Shown one piece after another: positions 27,601 to 41,600 of a DNA stretch of 64,000 bases. The notes under the pieces are model-generated. The model was not told the origin of the DNA. It made no database searches and worked only from the letters and a program-made list of their open reading frames with translations. Position 1 is the stretch's first letter. Each line of letters begins with the position of its first letter. This DNA is from Gordius albopunctatus (lineage: Eukaryota). A program made the position numbers and the translations under genes. The stretch covers positions 8,122,001 to 8,186,000 of the forward strand of contig OZ193910.1 in NCBI GenBank assembly GCA_964276515.1, written 5' to 3'.

Positions 27601-30600
27601 AAGTTTTTATTTTCAGACGTGATTTCCATGATAAAAAGTCAAAATTTATCAGAATTAGAGAACTATTACTTTTAAATCATCATCGCATAGAGCATTTTTC
27701 AAAGATTAAGCACTCACGTTGCGATACAACAAACTAATCGCAACAATATAACGTTGTCTTTTCTCAAAATTATAGTTCTCGCCGCTTGAAACTTCTTATA
27801 TGGAGTCGATCGAGAATAATAGGATTCTCAAATGAGCTTATTTTATATATTTTTTCAAGCTCTTTTACATAAAATAATAAAAATTATATTTTTTTAGCTC
27901 CGAATAATTCACAATTTTTTCCTTTCAAATCATATTCATCCGATGAAAGTTGTTATTTTCAGACGTGATTTCCATGATAAAAAGTTAAAATTTATCAGAA
28001 TTAGAGAACTATTACTGTGAAATCATCATCGCATAGAGAATGTTTCAAAAATATAAACATTCACGTTGCGATACAACAAACTAATCGCAACAAAATAACG
28101 TTGTCTTTTCTCAAAATGATAGTTCTCGCCGCTTGAAACTTCTTATATGGAGTCGATCGAGAATAATAGGATTCTCAAATGAGCTTCTTTTAAATATTTT
28201 TTCAAGCTCTTTTACATAAAATAACAAAAATTATATTTTTGTAGCTCCGAATAATTCACAATTTTTTCCTTTCAAACATATTCATCCGATGAAAGTTGTT
28301 ATTTTCAGACGTGATTTCCATGATAAAAAGTTAAAATTTATCAGAATTAGAGAACTATTACTTTTAAATAATCATCGCATAGAGAATGTTTTAAAAATTA
28401 AGCAATCACGTTGCGATACAACAAACTAATCGCAACAATATAACGTTGTCTTTTCTCAAAATGATAGTTCTCGTAGCTTGAAACTTCTTATATGGAGTCG
28501 ATCGAGAATAATAGGATTCTCAAATGAGCTTACTTTTATATATTTTTTCAAGCTATTTTACATAAAATAACAAAAAATATATTTTTCCAGGTTAAAATAA
28601 TTCACAATTTTTTCCTTTCAACCATATTCAACCGATTAAAGTTTTTATTTTCAGACGTGATTTCCATGATAAAAAGTCAAAATTTATCAGAATTAGAGAA
28701 ATATTACTTTTAAATCATCATCGCATAGAGCATTTTTCAAAGATTAAGCACTCACGTTGCGATACAACAAACTAATCGCAACAATATAACGTTGTCTTTT
28801 CTCAAAATGATAGTTCTCGCAGCTTGAAATTTCCTATATGGAGTCGATCGAGAAAAATAGGATTCTCAAATGAGCTTACTTTTTTATATTTTTTCAAGCT
28901 CTTTTACATAAAATAACAAAAAATATATTTTTTAAAGGTCAAAATAATTCACAATTTTTTCCTTTCAACCATATTCAACCGATGAAAGTTTTTATTTTCA
29001 GACGTGATTTCCATGATAAAAAGTCAAAATTTATCAGAATTAGAAAACTATTACTTTTAAATCATCATCGCATAGAGCATTTTTCAAAAATTAAGCACTC
29101 ACGTTGCGATACAAAAAACTAATCGCAACAATATAACGTTGTCTTTTCTCAAAATGATAGTTCTCGCAGCTTGAAACTTCTTATATGGAGTCGATCGAGA
29201 AAAATAGGATTCTCAAATGAGCTTACTTTTTTATATTTTTTCAAGCTCTTTTACATAAAATAACAAAAAATATATTTTTTCAGGTCAAAATAATTCAAAA
29301 TTTTTTCCTTTCAACCATATTCAACCGATGAAAGTTTTTATTTTCAGACGTGATTTCCATGATAAAAAGTCAAAATTTATCAGAATTAGAGAACTATTAC
29401 TTTTAAATCATCATCGCATAGAGCATTTTTCAAAGATTAAGCACTCACGTTGCGATACAACAAAGCAATCGCAACAATATAACGTTGTCTTTTCTCAAAA
29501 TTATAGTTCTCGCCGCTTGAAACTTCTTATATGGAGTCGATCGAGAATAATAGGATTCTCAAATGAGCTTATTTTATATATTTTTTCAAGCTCTTTTACA
29601 TAAAATAACAAAAATTATATTTTTTTAGCTCCGAATAATTCACAATTTTTTCCTTTCAAATCATATTCATCCGATGAAAGTTGTTATTTTCAGACGTGAT
29701 TTCCATGATAAAAAGTTAAAATTTATCAGAATTAGAGAACTATTACTTTTAAATAATCATCGCATAGAGAATGTTTTAAAAATTAAGCAATCACGTTGCG
29801 ATACAACAAACTAATCGCAACAATATAACGTTGTCTTTTCTCAAAATGATAGTTCTCGTAGCTTGAAACTTCTTATATGGAGTCGATCGAGAATAATAGG
29901 ATTCTCAAATGAGCTTACTTTTATATATTTTTTCAAGCTATTTTACATAAAATAACAAAAATTATATTTTTGTAGCTCCGAATAATTCACAATTTTTTCC
30001 TTTCAAACATATTCATCCGATGAAAGTTGTTATTTTCAGACGTGATTTCCATGATAAAAAGTTAAAATTTATCAGAATTAGAGAACTATTACTTTGAAAT
30101 AATCATCGCATAGAGAATGTTTTAAAAATTAAGCAATCACGTTGCGATACAACAAACTAATCGCAACAATATAACGTTGTCTTTTCTCAAAATGATAGTT
30201 CTCGTAGCTTGAAACTTCTTATATGGAGTCGATCGAGAATAATAGGATTCTCAAATGAGGTTACTTTTATATATTTTTTCAAGCTATTTTACATAAAATA
30301 ACAAAAAATATATTTTTCCAGGTTAAAATAATTCACAATTTTTTCCTTTCAACCATATTCAACCGATGAAAGTTTTTATTTTCAGACGTGATTTCCATGA
30401 TAAAAAGTCAAAATTTATCAGAATTAGAGAAATATTACTTTTAAATCATCATCGCATAGAGCATTTTTCAAAGATTAAGCACTCACGTTGCGATACAACA
30501 AACTAATCGCAACAATATAACGTTGTCTTTTCTCAAAATGATAGTTCTCGCAGCTTGAAATTTCCTATATGGAGTCGATCGAGAAAAATAGGATTCTCAA

Positions 30601-31729
30601 ATGAGCTTACTTTTTTATATTTTTTCAAGCTCTTTTACATAAAATAACAAAAAATATATTTTTTCAGGTCAAAATAATTCACAATTTTTTCCTTTCAACC
30701 ATATTCAACCGATGAAAGTTTTTATTTTCAGACGTGATTTCCATGATAAAAAGTCAAAATTTATCAGAATTAGAAAACTATTACTTTTAAATCATCATCG
30801 CATAGAGCATTTTTCAAAAATTAAGCACTCACGTTGCGATACAAAAAACTAATCGCAACAATATAACGTTGTCTTTTCTCAAAATGATAGTTCTCGCAGC
30901 TTGAAACTTCTTATATGGAGTCGATCGAGAAAAATAGGATTCTCAAATAAGCTTACTTTTTTATATTTTTTCAAGCTCTTTTACATAAAATAACAAAAAA
31001 TATATTTTTTCAGGTCAAAATAATTCAAAATTTTTTCCTTTCAACCATATTCAACCGATGAAAGTTTTTATTTTCAGACGTGATTTCCATGATAAAAAGT
31101 CAAAATTTATCAGAATTAGAGAACTATTACTTTTAAATCATCATCGCATAGAGCATTTTTCAAAGATTAAGCACTCACGTTGCGATACAACAAACTAATC
31201 GCAACAATATAACGTTGTCTTTTCTCAAAATTATAGTTCTCGCCGCTTGAAACTTCTTATATGGAGTCGATCGAGAATAATAGGATTCTCAAATGAGCTT
31301 CTTTTAAATATTTTTTCAAGCTCTTTTACATAAAATAACAAAAATTATATTTTTGTAGCTCCGAATAATTCACAATTTTTTCCTTTCAAACATATTCATC
31401 CGATGAAAGTTGTTATTTTCAGACGTGATTTCCATGATAAAAAGTTAAAATTTATCAGAATTAGAGAACTATTACTTTTAAATAATCATCGCATAGAGAA
31501 TGTTTTAAAAATTAAGCAATCACGTTGCGATACAACAAACTAATCGCAACAATATAACGTTGTCTTTTCTCAAAATGATAGTTCTCGTAGCTTGAAACTT
31601 CTTATATTGAGTCGATCGAGAATAATAGGATTCTCAAATGAGCTTCTTTTAAATATTTTTTCAAGCTCTTTTACATAAAATAACAAAAATTATATTTTTG
31701 TAGCTCCGAATAATTCACAATTTTTTCCT

Positions 31730-34300
31730 TTCAACCATATTCAACCGATGAAAGTTTTTATTTTCAGACGTGATTTCCATGATAAAAAGTCAAAATTTAT
31801 CAGAATTAGAGAACTATTACTTTTAAATCATCATCGCATAGAGCATTTTTCAAAGATTTAGCACTCACGTTGCGATACAACAAACTAATCGCAACAATAT
31901 AACGTTGTCTTTTCTCAAAATTATAGTTTTCGCCGCTTGAAACTTCTTATATGGAGTTGATCGAGAATAATAGGATTCTCAAATGAGCTTACTTTTATAT
32001 ATTTTTTCAAGCTCTTTTACATAAAATAACAAAAATTATATTTTTTTAGCCCCGAATAATTCACAATTTTTTACTTTCAAATCATATTCATCCGATGAAA
32101 GTTGTTATTTTCAGACGTGATTTCCATGATAAAAAGTCAAAATTTATCAGAATTCGAGAACTATTACTTTTAAATCATCATCGCATAGAGCATTTTTCAA
32201 AGATTAAGCACTCACGTTGCGATACAACAAACTAATCGCAACAATATAACGTTGTCTTTTCTCAAAATTATAGTTCTCGCCGCTTGAAACTTCTTATATG
32301 GAGTCGATCGAGAAAAATAGGATTCTCAAATGAGCTTACTTTTATATATTTTTTCAAGCTCTTTTACATAAAATAACAAAAATTATATTTTTTTAGCTCC
32401 GAATAATTCACAATTTTTTCCTTTCAAATCATATTCATCCGATGAAAGTTTTTATTTTCAGACGTGATTTCCATGATAAAAAGTCAAAATTTATCAGAAT
32501 TAGAGAAATATTACTTGTAAATCATCATCGCATAGAGCATTTTTCAAAGATTAAGCACTCACGTTGCGATACAACAAACTAATCGCAACAATATAACGTT
32601 GTCTTTTCTCAAAATTATAGTTCTCGCCGCTTGAAACTTCTTATATGGAGTCGATCGAGAATAATAGGATTCTCAAATGAGCTTCTTTTAAATATTTTTT
32701 CAAGCTCTTTTACATAAAATAACAAAAATTATATTTTTGTAGCTCCGAATAATTCACAATTTTTTCCTTTCAAACATATTCATCCGATGAAAGTTGTTAT
32801 TTTCAGACGTGATTTCCATGATAAAAAGTTAAAATTTATCAGAATTAGAGAACTATTACTTTTAAATAATCATCGCATAGAGAATGTTTTAAAAATTAAG
32901 CAATCACGTTGCGATACAACAAACTAATCGCAACAATATAACGTTGTCTTTTCTCAAAATGATAGTTCTCGTAGCTTGAAACTTCTTATATTGAGTCGAT
33001 CGAGAATAATAGGATTCTCAAATGAGCTTACTTTTATATATTTTTTCAAGCTATTTTACATAAAATAACAAAAAATATATTTTTCCATGTTAAAATAATT
33101 CACAATTTTTTCCTTTCAACCATATTCAACCGATTAAAGTTTTTATTTTCAGACGTGATTTCCATGATAAAAAGTCAAAATTTATCAGAATTAGAGAAAT
33201 ATTACTTTTAAATCATCATCGCATAGAGCATTTTTCAAAGATTAAGCACTCACGTTGCGATACAACAAACTAATCGCAACAATATAACGTTGTCTTTTCT
33301 CAAAATGATAGTTCTCGCAGCTTGAAACTTCTTATATGGAGTCGATCGAGAAAAATAGGATTCTCAAATGAGCTTACTTTTTTATATTTTTTCAAGCTCT
33401 TTTACATAAAATAACAAAAAATATATTTTTTCAGGTCAAAATAATTCAAAATTTTTTCCTTTCAACCATATTCAACCGATGAAAGTTTTTATTTTCAGAC
33501 GTGATTTCCATGATAAAAAGTCAAAATTTATCAGAATTAGAGAACTATTACTTTTAAATCATCATCGCATAGAGCATTTTTCAAAGATTTAGCACTCACG
33601 TTGCGATACAACAAACTAATCGCAACAATATAACGTTGTCTTTTCTCAAAATTATAGTTTTCGCCGCTTGAAACTTCTTATATGGAGTCGATCGAGAATA
33701 ATAGGATTCTCAAATGAGCTTACTTTTATATATTTTTTCAAGCTCTTTTACATAAAATAACAAAAATTATATTTTTTTATCCCCGAATAATTCACAATTT
33801 TTTACTTTCAAATCATATTCATCCGATGAAAGTTGTTATTTTCAGACGTGATTTCCATGATAAAAAGTCAAAATTTATCAGAATTCGAGAACTATTACTT
33901 TTAAATCATCATCGCATAGAGCATTTTTCAAAGATTAAGCACTCACGTTGCGATACAACAAACTAATCGCAACAATATAACGTTGTCTTTTCTCAAAATT
34001 ATAGTTCTCGCCGCTTGAAACTTCTTATATGGAGTCGATCGAGAAAAATAGGATTCTCAAATGAGCTTACTTTTATATATTTTTTCAAGCTCTTTTACAT
34101 AAAATAACAAAAATTATATTTTTTTAGCTCCGAATAATTCACAATTTTTTCCTTTCAAATCATATTCATCCGATGAAAGTTTTTATTTTCAGACATGATT
34201 TCCATGATAAAAAGTCAAAATTTATCAGAATTAGAGAAATATTACTTTTAAATCATCATCGCATAGAGCATTTTTCAAAGATTAAGCACTCACGTTGCGA
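31730..34300. repeat. Partial tandem 5-monomer duplication (period 1731 bp)
   Basis: Markers CAAAGATTTAG (31851/33582), AATTCGAGAA (32151/33882), TAGTTTTCGCC and TTTACTTTCAAATC. Confidence 0.75.
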
Positions 34301-37300
34301 TACAACAAACTAATCGCAACAATATAACGTTGTCTTTTCTCAAAATGATAGTTCTCGCAGCTTGAAACTTCTAATATGGAGTCGATCGAGAAAAATAGGA
34401 TTCTCAAATGAGCTTACTTTTTTATATTTTTTCAAGCTCTTTTACATAAAATAACAAAAAATATATTTTTTCAGGTCAAAATAATTCACAATTTTTTCCT
34501 TTCAACCATATTCAACCGATGAAAGTTTTTATTTTCAGACGTGATTTCCATGATAAAAAGTCAAAATTTATCAGAATTAGAAAACTATTACTTTTAAATC
34601 ATCATCGCATAGAGCATTTTTCAAAAATTAAGCACTCACGTTGCGATACAACAAACTAATCGCAACAATATAACGTTCTCCTTTTCTCAAAATGATTGTT
34701 CTCGCAGCTTAAAAATTCTTATAAGGAGTCGATCGAGAAAAATAGGATTCTCAAATGAGCTTACTTTTTTTTATTTTTTCAAGCTCTTTTACATAAAATA
34801 ACAAAAAATATATTTTTTCAGGTCAAAATAATTCACAATTTTTTCCTTTCAACCATATTCAACCGATGAAAGTTTTTATTTTCAGACGTGATTTCCATGA
34901 TAAAAAGTCAAAATTTATCAGAATTAGAGAACTATTACTTTTAAATCATCATCGCATAGAGCATTTTTCAAAGATTAAGCACTCACGTTGCGATACAACA
35001 AACTAATCGCAACAATATAACGTTGTCTTTTCTCAAAATTATAGTTCTCGCAGCTTGAAACTTCTAATATGGAGTCGATCGAGAATAATAGGATTCTCAA
35101 ATGAGCTTACTTTTTTATATTTTTTCAAGCTCTTTTACATAAAATAACAAAAAATATATTTTTTCAGGTCAAAATAATTCACAATTTTTTCCTTTCAAAT
35201 CATATTCATCCGATGAAAGTTTTTATTTTCAGACGTGATTTCCATGATAAAAAGTCAAAATTTATCAGAATTAGAGAAATATTACTTTTAAATCATCATC
35301 GCATAGAGCATTTTTCAAAAATTAAGCACTCACGTTGCGATACAACAAACTAATCGCAACAATATAACGTTCTCCTTTTCTCAAAATGATTGTTCTCGCA
35401 GCTTAAAAATTATTATAAGGAGTCGATCGAGAAAAATAGGATTCTCAAATGAGCTTACTTTTTTATATTTTTTCAAGCTCTTTTACATAAAATAACAAAA
35501 AATATATTTTTTCAGGTCAAAATAATTCACAATTTTTTCCTTTCAACCATATTCAACCGATGAAAGTTTATATTTTCAGACGTGATTTCCATGATAAAAA
35601 GTCAAAATTTATCAGAATTAGAGAACTATTACTGTGAAATCATCATCGCATAGAGCATTTTTCAAAGATTAAGCACTCACGTTGCGATACAACAAACTAA
35701 TCGCAACAATATAACGTTGTCTTTTCTCAAAATGATAGTTCTCGCAGCTTGAAACTTCTAATATGGAGTCGATCGAGAAAAATAGGATTCTCAAATGAGC
35801 TTACTTTTTTATATTTTTTCAAGCTCTTTTACATAAAATAACAAAAAATATATTTTTTCAGGTCAAAATAATTCACAATTTTTTCCTTTCAACCATATTC
35901 AACCGATGAAAGTTTTTATTTTCAGACGAGATTTCCATGATAAAAAGTCAAAATTTATCAGAATTAGAAAACTATTACTTTTAAATCATCATCGCATAGA
36001 GCATTTTTCAAAAATTAAGCACTCACGTTGCGATACAACAAACTAATCGCAACAATATAACGTTCTCCTTTTCTCAAAATGATTGTTCTCGCAGCTTAAA
36101 AATTCTTATAAGGAGTCGATCGAGAATAATAGGATTCTCAAATGAGCTTACTTTTATATATTTTTTCAAGCTCTTTTACATAAAATAACAAAAATTATAT
36201 TTTTTTAGCTCCGAATAATTCACAATTTTTTCCTTTCAAATCATATTCATCCGATGAAAGTTGTTATTTTCAGACGTGATTTCCATGATAAAAAGTTAAA
36301 ATTTATCAGAATTAGAGAACTATTCCTTTGAAATCATCATCGCATAGAGCATTTTTCAAAGATTAAGCACTCACGTTGCGATACAACAAACTAATCGCAA
36401 CAATATAACGTTCTCTTTTCTCAAAATTATAGTTCTCGCCGCTTGAAACTTCTTATATGGAGTCGATCGAGAAAAATAGGATTCTCAAATGAGCTTACTT
36501 TTATATATTTTATCAAGCTCTTTTACATAAAATAACAAAAATTATATTTTTTTAGCTCCGAATAATTCACAATCTTTTCCTTTCAAATCATATTCATCCG
36601 ATGAAAGTTGTTATTTTCAGACGTGATTTCCATGATAAAAAGTTAAATTTTATCAGAATTAGAGAACTATTACTTTGAAATCATCATCGCATAGAGAATG
36701 TTTCAAAAATTAAGCACTCACCTTGCGATACAACAAACTAATCGCAACAATATAACGTTGACTTTTCTCAAAATGATTGTTCTCGCAACTTTAAACTTCT
36801 TATAAGGAGTCGATCGAGAATAATAGGATTCTCAAATTAGCTTATATTTTATCAAGCTCTTTTATATAAAATAATAAAAAATATATTATTTAGCTCCGAA
36901 TAACTCACAATTTTTTCCATTCAACCATATTCATCCAATGAAAGTTTTATTTTCAGACGTGATTTCCATGATAAAAAGTTAAATTTTATCAGAATTAGAG
37001 AACTATTACTTTGAAATCATCCTCGCATAGAGAATGTTTCAAAAATTAAGCACTCACCTTGCGATACAACAAACTAATCGCAACAATATAACGTTGACTT
37101 TTCTCAAAATGATTGTTCTCGCAACTTTAAACTTCTTATAAGGAGTCGATCGAGAATAATAGGATTCTCAAATTAGCTTATATTTTATCAAGCTCTTTTA
37201 TATAAAATAATAAAAAATATATTATTTAGCTCCGAATAACTCACAATTTTTTCCATTCAACCATATTCATCCAATGAAAGTTTTATTTTCAGACGTGATT

Positions 37301-38699
37301 TCCATGATAAAAAGTTAAATTTTATCAGAATTAGAGAACTATTACTTTGAAATCATCCTCGCATAGAGCATGTTTCAAAAATTAAGCACTAACGTTGCGA
37401 TACAACAAACTAATCACAACAATATAACGTTGTCTTTTCTCAAAATGATTGTTCTCGCAGCTTAAAACTTCTAATAAGGAGTCGATCGAGAATAATAGGA
37501 TTCTCAAATGAGCTTACTTTTATATATTTTATCAAGCTCTTTTACATAAAATAACAAAAATTATATTTTTTTAGCTCCGAATAATTCACAATCTTTTCCT
37601 TTCAAATCATATTCATCCGATGAAAGTTGTTATTTTCAGACGTGATTTCCATGATAAAAAGTTAAAATTTATCAGAATTAGAGAACTATTACTTTGAAAT
37701 CATCATCGCATAGAGAATGTTTCAAAAATTAAGCACTCACCTTGCGATACAACAAACTAATCGCAACAATATAACGTTGACTTTTCTCAAAATGATTGTT
37801 CTCGCAACTTTAAACTTCTTATAAGGAGTCGATCGAGAATAATAGGATTCTCAAATTAGCTTATTTTTATATATTTTATCAAGCTCTTTTATATAAAATA
37901 ATAAAAAATATATTATTTAGCTCCGAATAACTCACAATTTTTTCCATTCAACCATATTCATCCAATGAAAATTTTATTTTCCGACCTGATTTCCATGATA
38001 AAAAGTTAAAATTTATCAGAAATAGAGAACTATTATTTGAAATCATCATCGCATAGAGCATGTTTCAAAAATTAAGCAATCACTTTGCGATACAACAAAC
38101 TAATCGCAACAATATAACGTTGTCTTTTCTCAAAATGATAGTTCTCGCAGCTTGAAACTTCTTATATGGAGTCGATCGAGAATAATAGGATTCTCAAATG
38201 AGCTTACTTTTAAATATTTTTTCAAGCTCTTTTACATAAAATAACAAAAATTATATTTTTTTTAGCTCCGAATAATTCACAATTTTTTGCTTTCAAATCA
38301 TATTCAGCCGATGAAAGTTGTTATTTTCAGACGTGATTTCCTTGATAAAAAGTTAAATTTTATCAGAATTAGAGAACTATTACTTTGAAATCATCATCGC
38401 ATAGAGAATGTTTCAAAAATTAAGCACTCACCTTGCGATACAACAAACTAATCGCAACAATATAACGTTGACTTTTCTCAAAATGATTGTTCTCGCAACT
38501 TTAAACTTCTTATAAGGAGTCGATCGAGAATAATAGGATTCTCAAATTAGCTTATATTTTATCAAGCTCTTTTATATAAAATAATAAAAAATATATTATT
38601 TAGCTCCGAATAACTCACAATTTTTTCCATTCAACCATATTCATCCAATGAAAGTTTTATTTTCAGACGTGATTTCCATGATAAAAAGTTAAATTTTAT

Positions 38700-41600
38700 C
38701 AGAATTAGAGAACTATTACTTTGAAATCATCCTCGCATAGAGCATGTTTCAAAAATTAAGCACTAACGTTGCGATACAACAAACTAATCACAACAATATA
38801 ACGTTGTCTTTTCTCAAAATGATTGTTCTCGCAGCTTAAAACTTCTAATAAGGAGTCGATCGAGAATAATAGGATTCTCAAATGAGCTTACTTTTATATA
38901 TTTTATCAAGCTCTTTTACATAAAATAACAAAAATTATATTTTTTTAGCTCTGAATAATTCACAATCTTTTCCTTTCAAATCATATTCATCCGATGAAAG
39001 TTGTTATTTTCAGACGTGATTTCCATGATAAAAAGTTAAATTTTATCAGAATTAGAGAACTATTACTTTGAAATCATCATCGCATAGAGAATGTTTCAAA
39101 AATTAAGCACTCACCTTGCGATACAACAAACTAATCGCAACAATATAACGTTGACTTTTCTCAAAATGATTGTTCTCGCAACTTTAAACTTCTTATAAGG
39201 AGTCGATCGAGAATAATAGGATTCTCAAATTAGCTTATATTTTATCAAGCTCTTTTATATAAAATAATAAAAAATATATTATTTAGCTCCGAATAACTCA
39301 CAATTTTTTCCATTCAACCATATTCATCCAATGAAAGTTTTATTTTCAGACGTGATTTCCATGATAAAAAGTTAAATTTTATCAGAATTAGAGAACTATT
39401 ACTTTGAAATCATCCTCGCATAGAGCATGTTTCAAAAATTAAGCACTAACGTTGCGATACAACAAACTAATCACAACAATATAACGTTGTCTTTTCTCAA
39501 AATGATTGTTCTCGCAGCTTAAAACTTCTAATAAGGAGTCGATCGAGAATAATAGGATTCTCAAATGAGCTTACTTTTATATATTTTATCAAGCTCTTTT
39601 ACATAAAATAACAAAAATTATATTTTTTTAGCTCCGAATAATTCACAATCTTTTCCTTTCAAATCATATTCATCCGATGAAAGTTGTTATTTTCAGACGT
39701 GATTTCCATGATAAAAAGTTAAAATTTATCAGAATTAGAGAACTATTACTTTGAAATCATCATCGCATAGAGAATGTTTCAAAAATTAAGCACTCACCTT
39801 GCGATACAACAAACTAATCGCAACAATATAACGTTGACTTTTCTCAAAATGATTGTTCTCGCAACTTTAAACTTCTTATAAGGAGTCGATCGAGAATAAT
39901 AGGATTCTCAAATTAGCTTATTTTTATATATTTTATCAAGCTCTTTTATATAAAATAATAAAAAATATATTATTTAGCTCCGAATAACTCACAATTTTTT
40001 CCATTCAACCATATTCATCCAATGAAAATTTTATTTTCCGACCTGATTTCCATGATAAAAAGTTAAAATTTATCAGAAATAGAGAACTATTATTTGAAAT
40101 CATCATCGCATAGAGCATGTTTCAAAAATTAAGCAATCACTTTGCGATACAACAAACTAATCGCAACAATATAACGTTGTCTTTTCTCAAAATGATAGTT
40201 CTCGCAGCTTGAAACTTCTTATATGGAGTCGATCGAGAATAATAGGATTCTCAAATGAGCTTACTTTTAAATATTTTTTCAAGCTCTTTTACATAAAATA
40301 ACAAAAATTATATTTTTTTTAGCTCCGAATAATTCACAATTTTTTGCTTTCAAATCATATTCAGCCGATGAAAGTTGTTATTTTCAGACGTTATTTCCTT
40401 GATAAAAAGTTAAATTTTATCAGAATTAGAGAACTATTACTTTGAAATCATCATCGCATAGAGAATGTTTCAAAAATTAAGCACTCACGTTGCGATACAA
40501 CAAACTAATCGCAACAATATAACGTTATCTTTTCTCAAAATGATAGTTCTCGTAGCTTGAAACTTCTTATATGGAGTCGATCGAGAATAATAGGATTCTC
40601 AAATGAGCTTACTTCTATATATTTTTTCAAGCTCTTTTACATAAAATAACAAAAAATATATTTTTTCATGTTAAAATAATTCACAATTTTTTCCTTTCAA
40701 CCATATTCAACCGATGAAAGTTGTTATTTTCAGACGTGATTTCCATGATAAAAAGTCAAAATTTATCAGAATTAGAGAACTATTACTTTGAAATCATCCT
40801 CGCATAGAGCATGTTTCAAAAATTAAGCACTAACGTTGCGATACAACAAACTAATCACAACAATATAACGTTGTCTTTTCTCAAAATGATTGTTCTCGCA
40901 GCTTAAAACTTCTAATAAGGAGTCGATCGAGAATAATAGGATTCTCAAATGAGCTTACTTTTATATATTTTATCAAGCTCTTTTACATAAAATAACAAAA
41001 ATTATATTTTTTTAGCTCCGAATAATTCACAATCTTTTCCTTTCAAATCATATTCATCCGATGAAAGTTGTTATTTTCAGACGTGATTTCCATGATAAAA
41101 AGTTAAAATTTATCAGAATTAGAGAACTATTACTTTGAAATCATCATCGCATAGAGAATGTTTCAAAAATTAAGCACTCACCTTGCGATACAACAAACTA
41201 ATCGCAACAATATAACGTTGACTTTTCTCAAAATGATTGTTCTCGCAACTTTAAACTTCTTATAATGAGTCGATCGAGAATAATAGGATTCTCAAATTAG
41301 CTTATTTTTATATATTTTATCAAGCTCTTTTATATAAAATGATAAAAAATATATTATTTAGCTCCGAATAACTCACAATTTTTTCCATTGAACCATATTC
41401 ATCCAATGAAAGTTTTATTTTCAGACGTGATTTCCATGATAAAAAGTTAAATTTTATCAGAATTAGAGAACTATTACTTTGAAATCATCCTCGCATAGAG
41501 CATGTTTCAAAAATTAAGCACTCACGTTGCGATACAACAAACTAATCGCAACAATATAACGTTGTCTTTTCTCAAAATGATAGTTCTCGCAGCTTGAAAC

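Larger units (their letters stand above)
12134..30374. repeat. Tandem duplication of a 23-monomer (7948 bp) block: copy 1 ~12134-22416, copy 2 ~22417-30374
   Basis: Shared rare variants occur in the same order: GAACCATT with the GATACAACTAAT deletion, GAGATTAATAGG, AACAAAATATATA, TTTTAAAGGTC, ACAAAGCAATC, and AATGAGGTTAC (22311/30259). Offsets 10283, 9679 and 7948 are consistent: 7948 + 604 (insertion) + 1731 (extra 5-mer) = 10283. Confidence 0.85.

Noticed and set aside
19649..29603. Three identical 91-aa ORFs (19649, 21380, 29328)
   Set aside because: Each lies within one satellite monomer and is open only because rare variants (ACTAAT to AGCAAT and others) remove stops present in nearly all other monomers. 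Their identity is explained by the 5-mer and 23-mer duplications; no recognisable domain.
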